Shown here: positions 7,068 to 7,629 of the stretch, one piece after another
Layout: every line of letters starts with the position of its first letter
How positions within the stretch are numbered: the stretch's first letter is position 1
IMG/VR virus record: IMGVR_UViG_2579778674_000002
Coordinates: 1-7,629 of that record
Reading direction: 5' to 3' (one strand)
Length of the DNA: 7,629 nt
From: a virus
Lineage: Duplodnaviria; Heunggongvirae; Uroviricota; Caudoviricetes
The notes under the pieces: generated by a model
The model's database searches: none
Seen by the model: only the letters and a program-made list of their open reading frames with translations
What the model was told of the DNA's origin: nothing
Made by a program: the position numbers and the translations under genes

Positions 7068-7224
7068 GCAGAATAACCATGTGGTGATTAACAACGACGG
7101 CACGAACGGTCAGATAGGGCCACAGGCACTGAAGGCTGTTTATGACGTAGCCCGTAAGGCGGCAATGGATGTTGTGACCGGGCAGATGCGCGATGGTGGT
7201 CTGTTCTCCGGAGGTGGACGATGA
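6967..7224 (+). CDS. H: C-terminal portion of the tape measure protein H displaced into frame 1 by the 28-bp insertion (H-matching from about 7018); probably not independently expressed
   Basis: The frame-1 ORF encodes …GYVGTPGSMADSRSQASGTFEQNNHVVINNDGTNGQIGPQALKAVYDVARKAAMDVVTGQMRDGGLFSGGGR, the expected gpH C-terminus. Its stop overlaps the M start (ATGA at 7221-7224), as expected for H. Confidence 0.8.
   Translation: MPPAGMSVAPETGGYVGTPGSMADSRSQASGTFEQNNHVVINNDGTNGQIGPQALKAVYDVARKAAMDVVTGQMRDGGLFSGGGR
6990..7017 (+). repeat. 28-bp insertion in H that partly repeats the adjacent sequence (accggcggNtatgtcggt at 6972-6989 and 7000-7017)
   Basis: 18-bp direct repeat with one mismatch, 28 bp apart. 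Removing 6990-7017 restores a continuous H reading frame of 853 codons. Confidence 0.85.
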
Positions 7225-7550
7225 AAACCTTCCGCTGGAAAGTGAAACCCGGTATGGATGTGGCTTCGGCCCCTTCCGTCAGGAAGGTGCGCTTTGGTGA
7301 TGGCTATTCTCAGCGTGCGCCTGCCGGGCTGAACGCCGACCTGAAAACGTACAGCGTGACGCTTTCTGTTCCCCGCGAGGAGGCCACGGCACTGGAATCG
7401 TTTCTGGCAGAGCACGGGGGCTGGAAGGCCTTTCTGTGGACGCCGCCTTATGGCTACCGGCAGATAAAGGTGACCTGCGCAAAATGGTCGTCGCGGGTCA
7501 GTATGTTGCGTGTTGAGTTCAGCGCAGAGTTTGAACAGGTGGTGAACTGA
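7221..7550 (+). CDS. M: Minor tail protein (lambda gpM-like)
   Basis: The 109-aa product MKTFRWKVKPGMDVASAPSVRKVRFGDGYSQRAPAGLNADLKTYSVTLSVPREEATALESFLAEHGGWKAFLWTPPYGYRQIKVTCAKW… matches lambda M. The start overlaps the end of H. Confidence 0.9.
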   Translation: MKTFRWKVKPGMDVASAPSVRKVRFGDGYSQRAPAGLNADLKTYSVTLSVPREEATALESFLAEHGGWKAFLWTPPYGYRQIKVTCAKWSSRVSMLRVEFSAEFEQVVN

Positions 7551-7629
7551 TGCAGGATATCCGACAGGACACACTGAATGAATGCACCCGTGCGGAGCAG
7601 TCGGCCAGCGTGGTGCTCTGGGAAATCGA
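7550..7629 (+). CDS. L: Minor tail protein (lambda gpL-like), 5' part only; continues beyond the window
   Basis: ATG at 7550 overlaps the M TGA (TGATG). Translation MQDIRQDTLNECTRAEQSASVVLWEI matches the lambda L N-terminus. The frame is open to the window end. Confidence 0.8.
   Translation, partial: MQDIRQDTLNECTRAEQSASVVLWEI

Noticed and set aside
7140-7574. 144-aa minus-strand ORF spanning M
   Set aside because: It is antisense to the end of H, all of M and the start of L, with no supporting signals.
1-7629. A novel defence, toxin or accessory system hidden among the structural genes
   Set aside because: Every intergenic gap is 17 nt or shorter except the 41-nt E-FI spacer that holds the hairpin, and all sizeable ORFs are accounted for by canonical lambda morphogenetic genes. 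There is no room for a moron or accessory cassette in this window.

Overview
The window is a contiguous, same-strand segment of a lambda-type late structural (head-to-tail) operon, recognised from memory of phage lambda proteins rather than by any search. Gene order on the + strand is E (major capsid, 5' end outside the window), FI, FII, Z, U, V, G and the G-T frameshift product, H (tape measure), M, and the start of L (3' end outside the window). There is no convincing minus-strand gene, RNA gene, CRISPR array or IS element. Genes are tightly packed with overlapping stop/start signals. This is a well-described system, not a novel one. What does stand out are two repeat-associated lesions that break essential reading frames: (1) a 308-bp imperfect tandem duplication inside E (280-587 vs 588-895, 8 mismatches) that shifts the frame, and (2) a 28-bp insertion near the 3' end of H (6990-7017) that partly repeats the adjacent 18 bp and also shifts the frame. 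Either this is a defective prophage or chimeric allele, or these are assembly or engineering artefacts. Also present are the classical G-T -1 slippery site GGGAAAG (4202-4208) and a UUCG-tetraloop hairpin immediately after the E stop codon.
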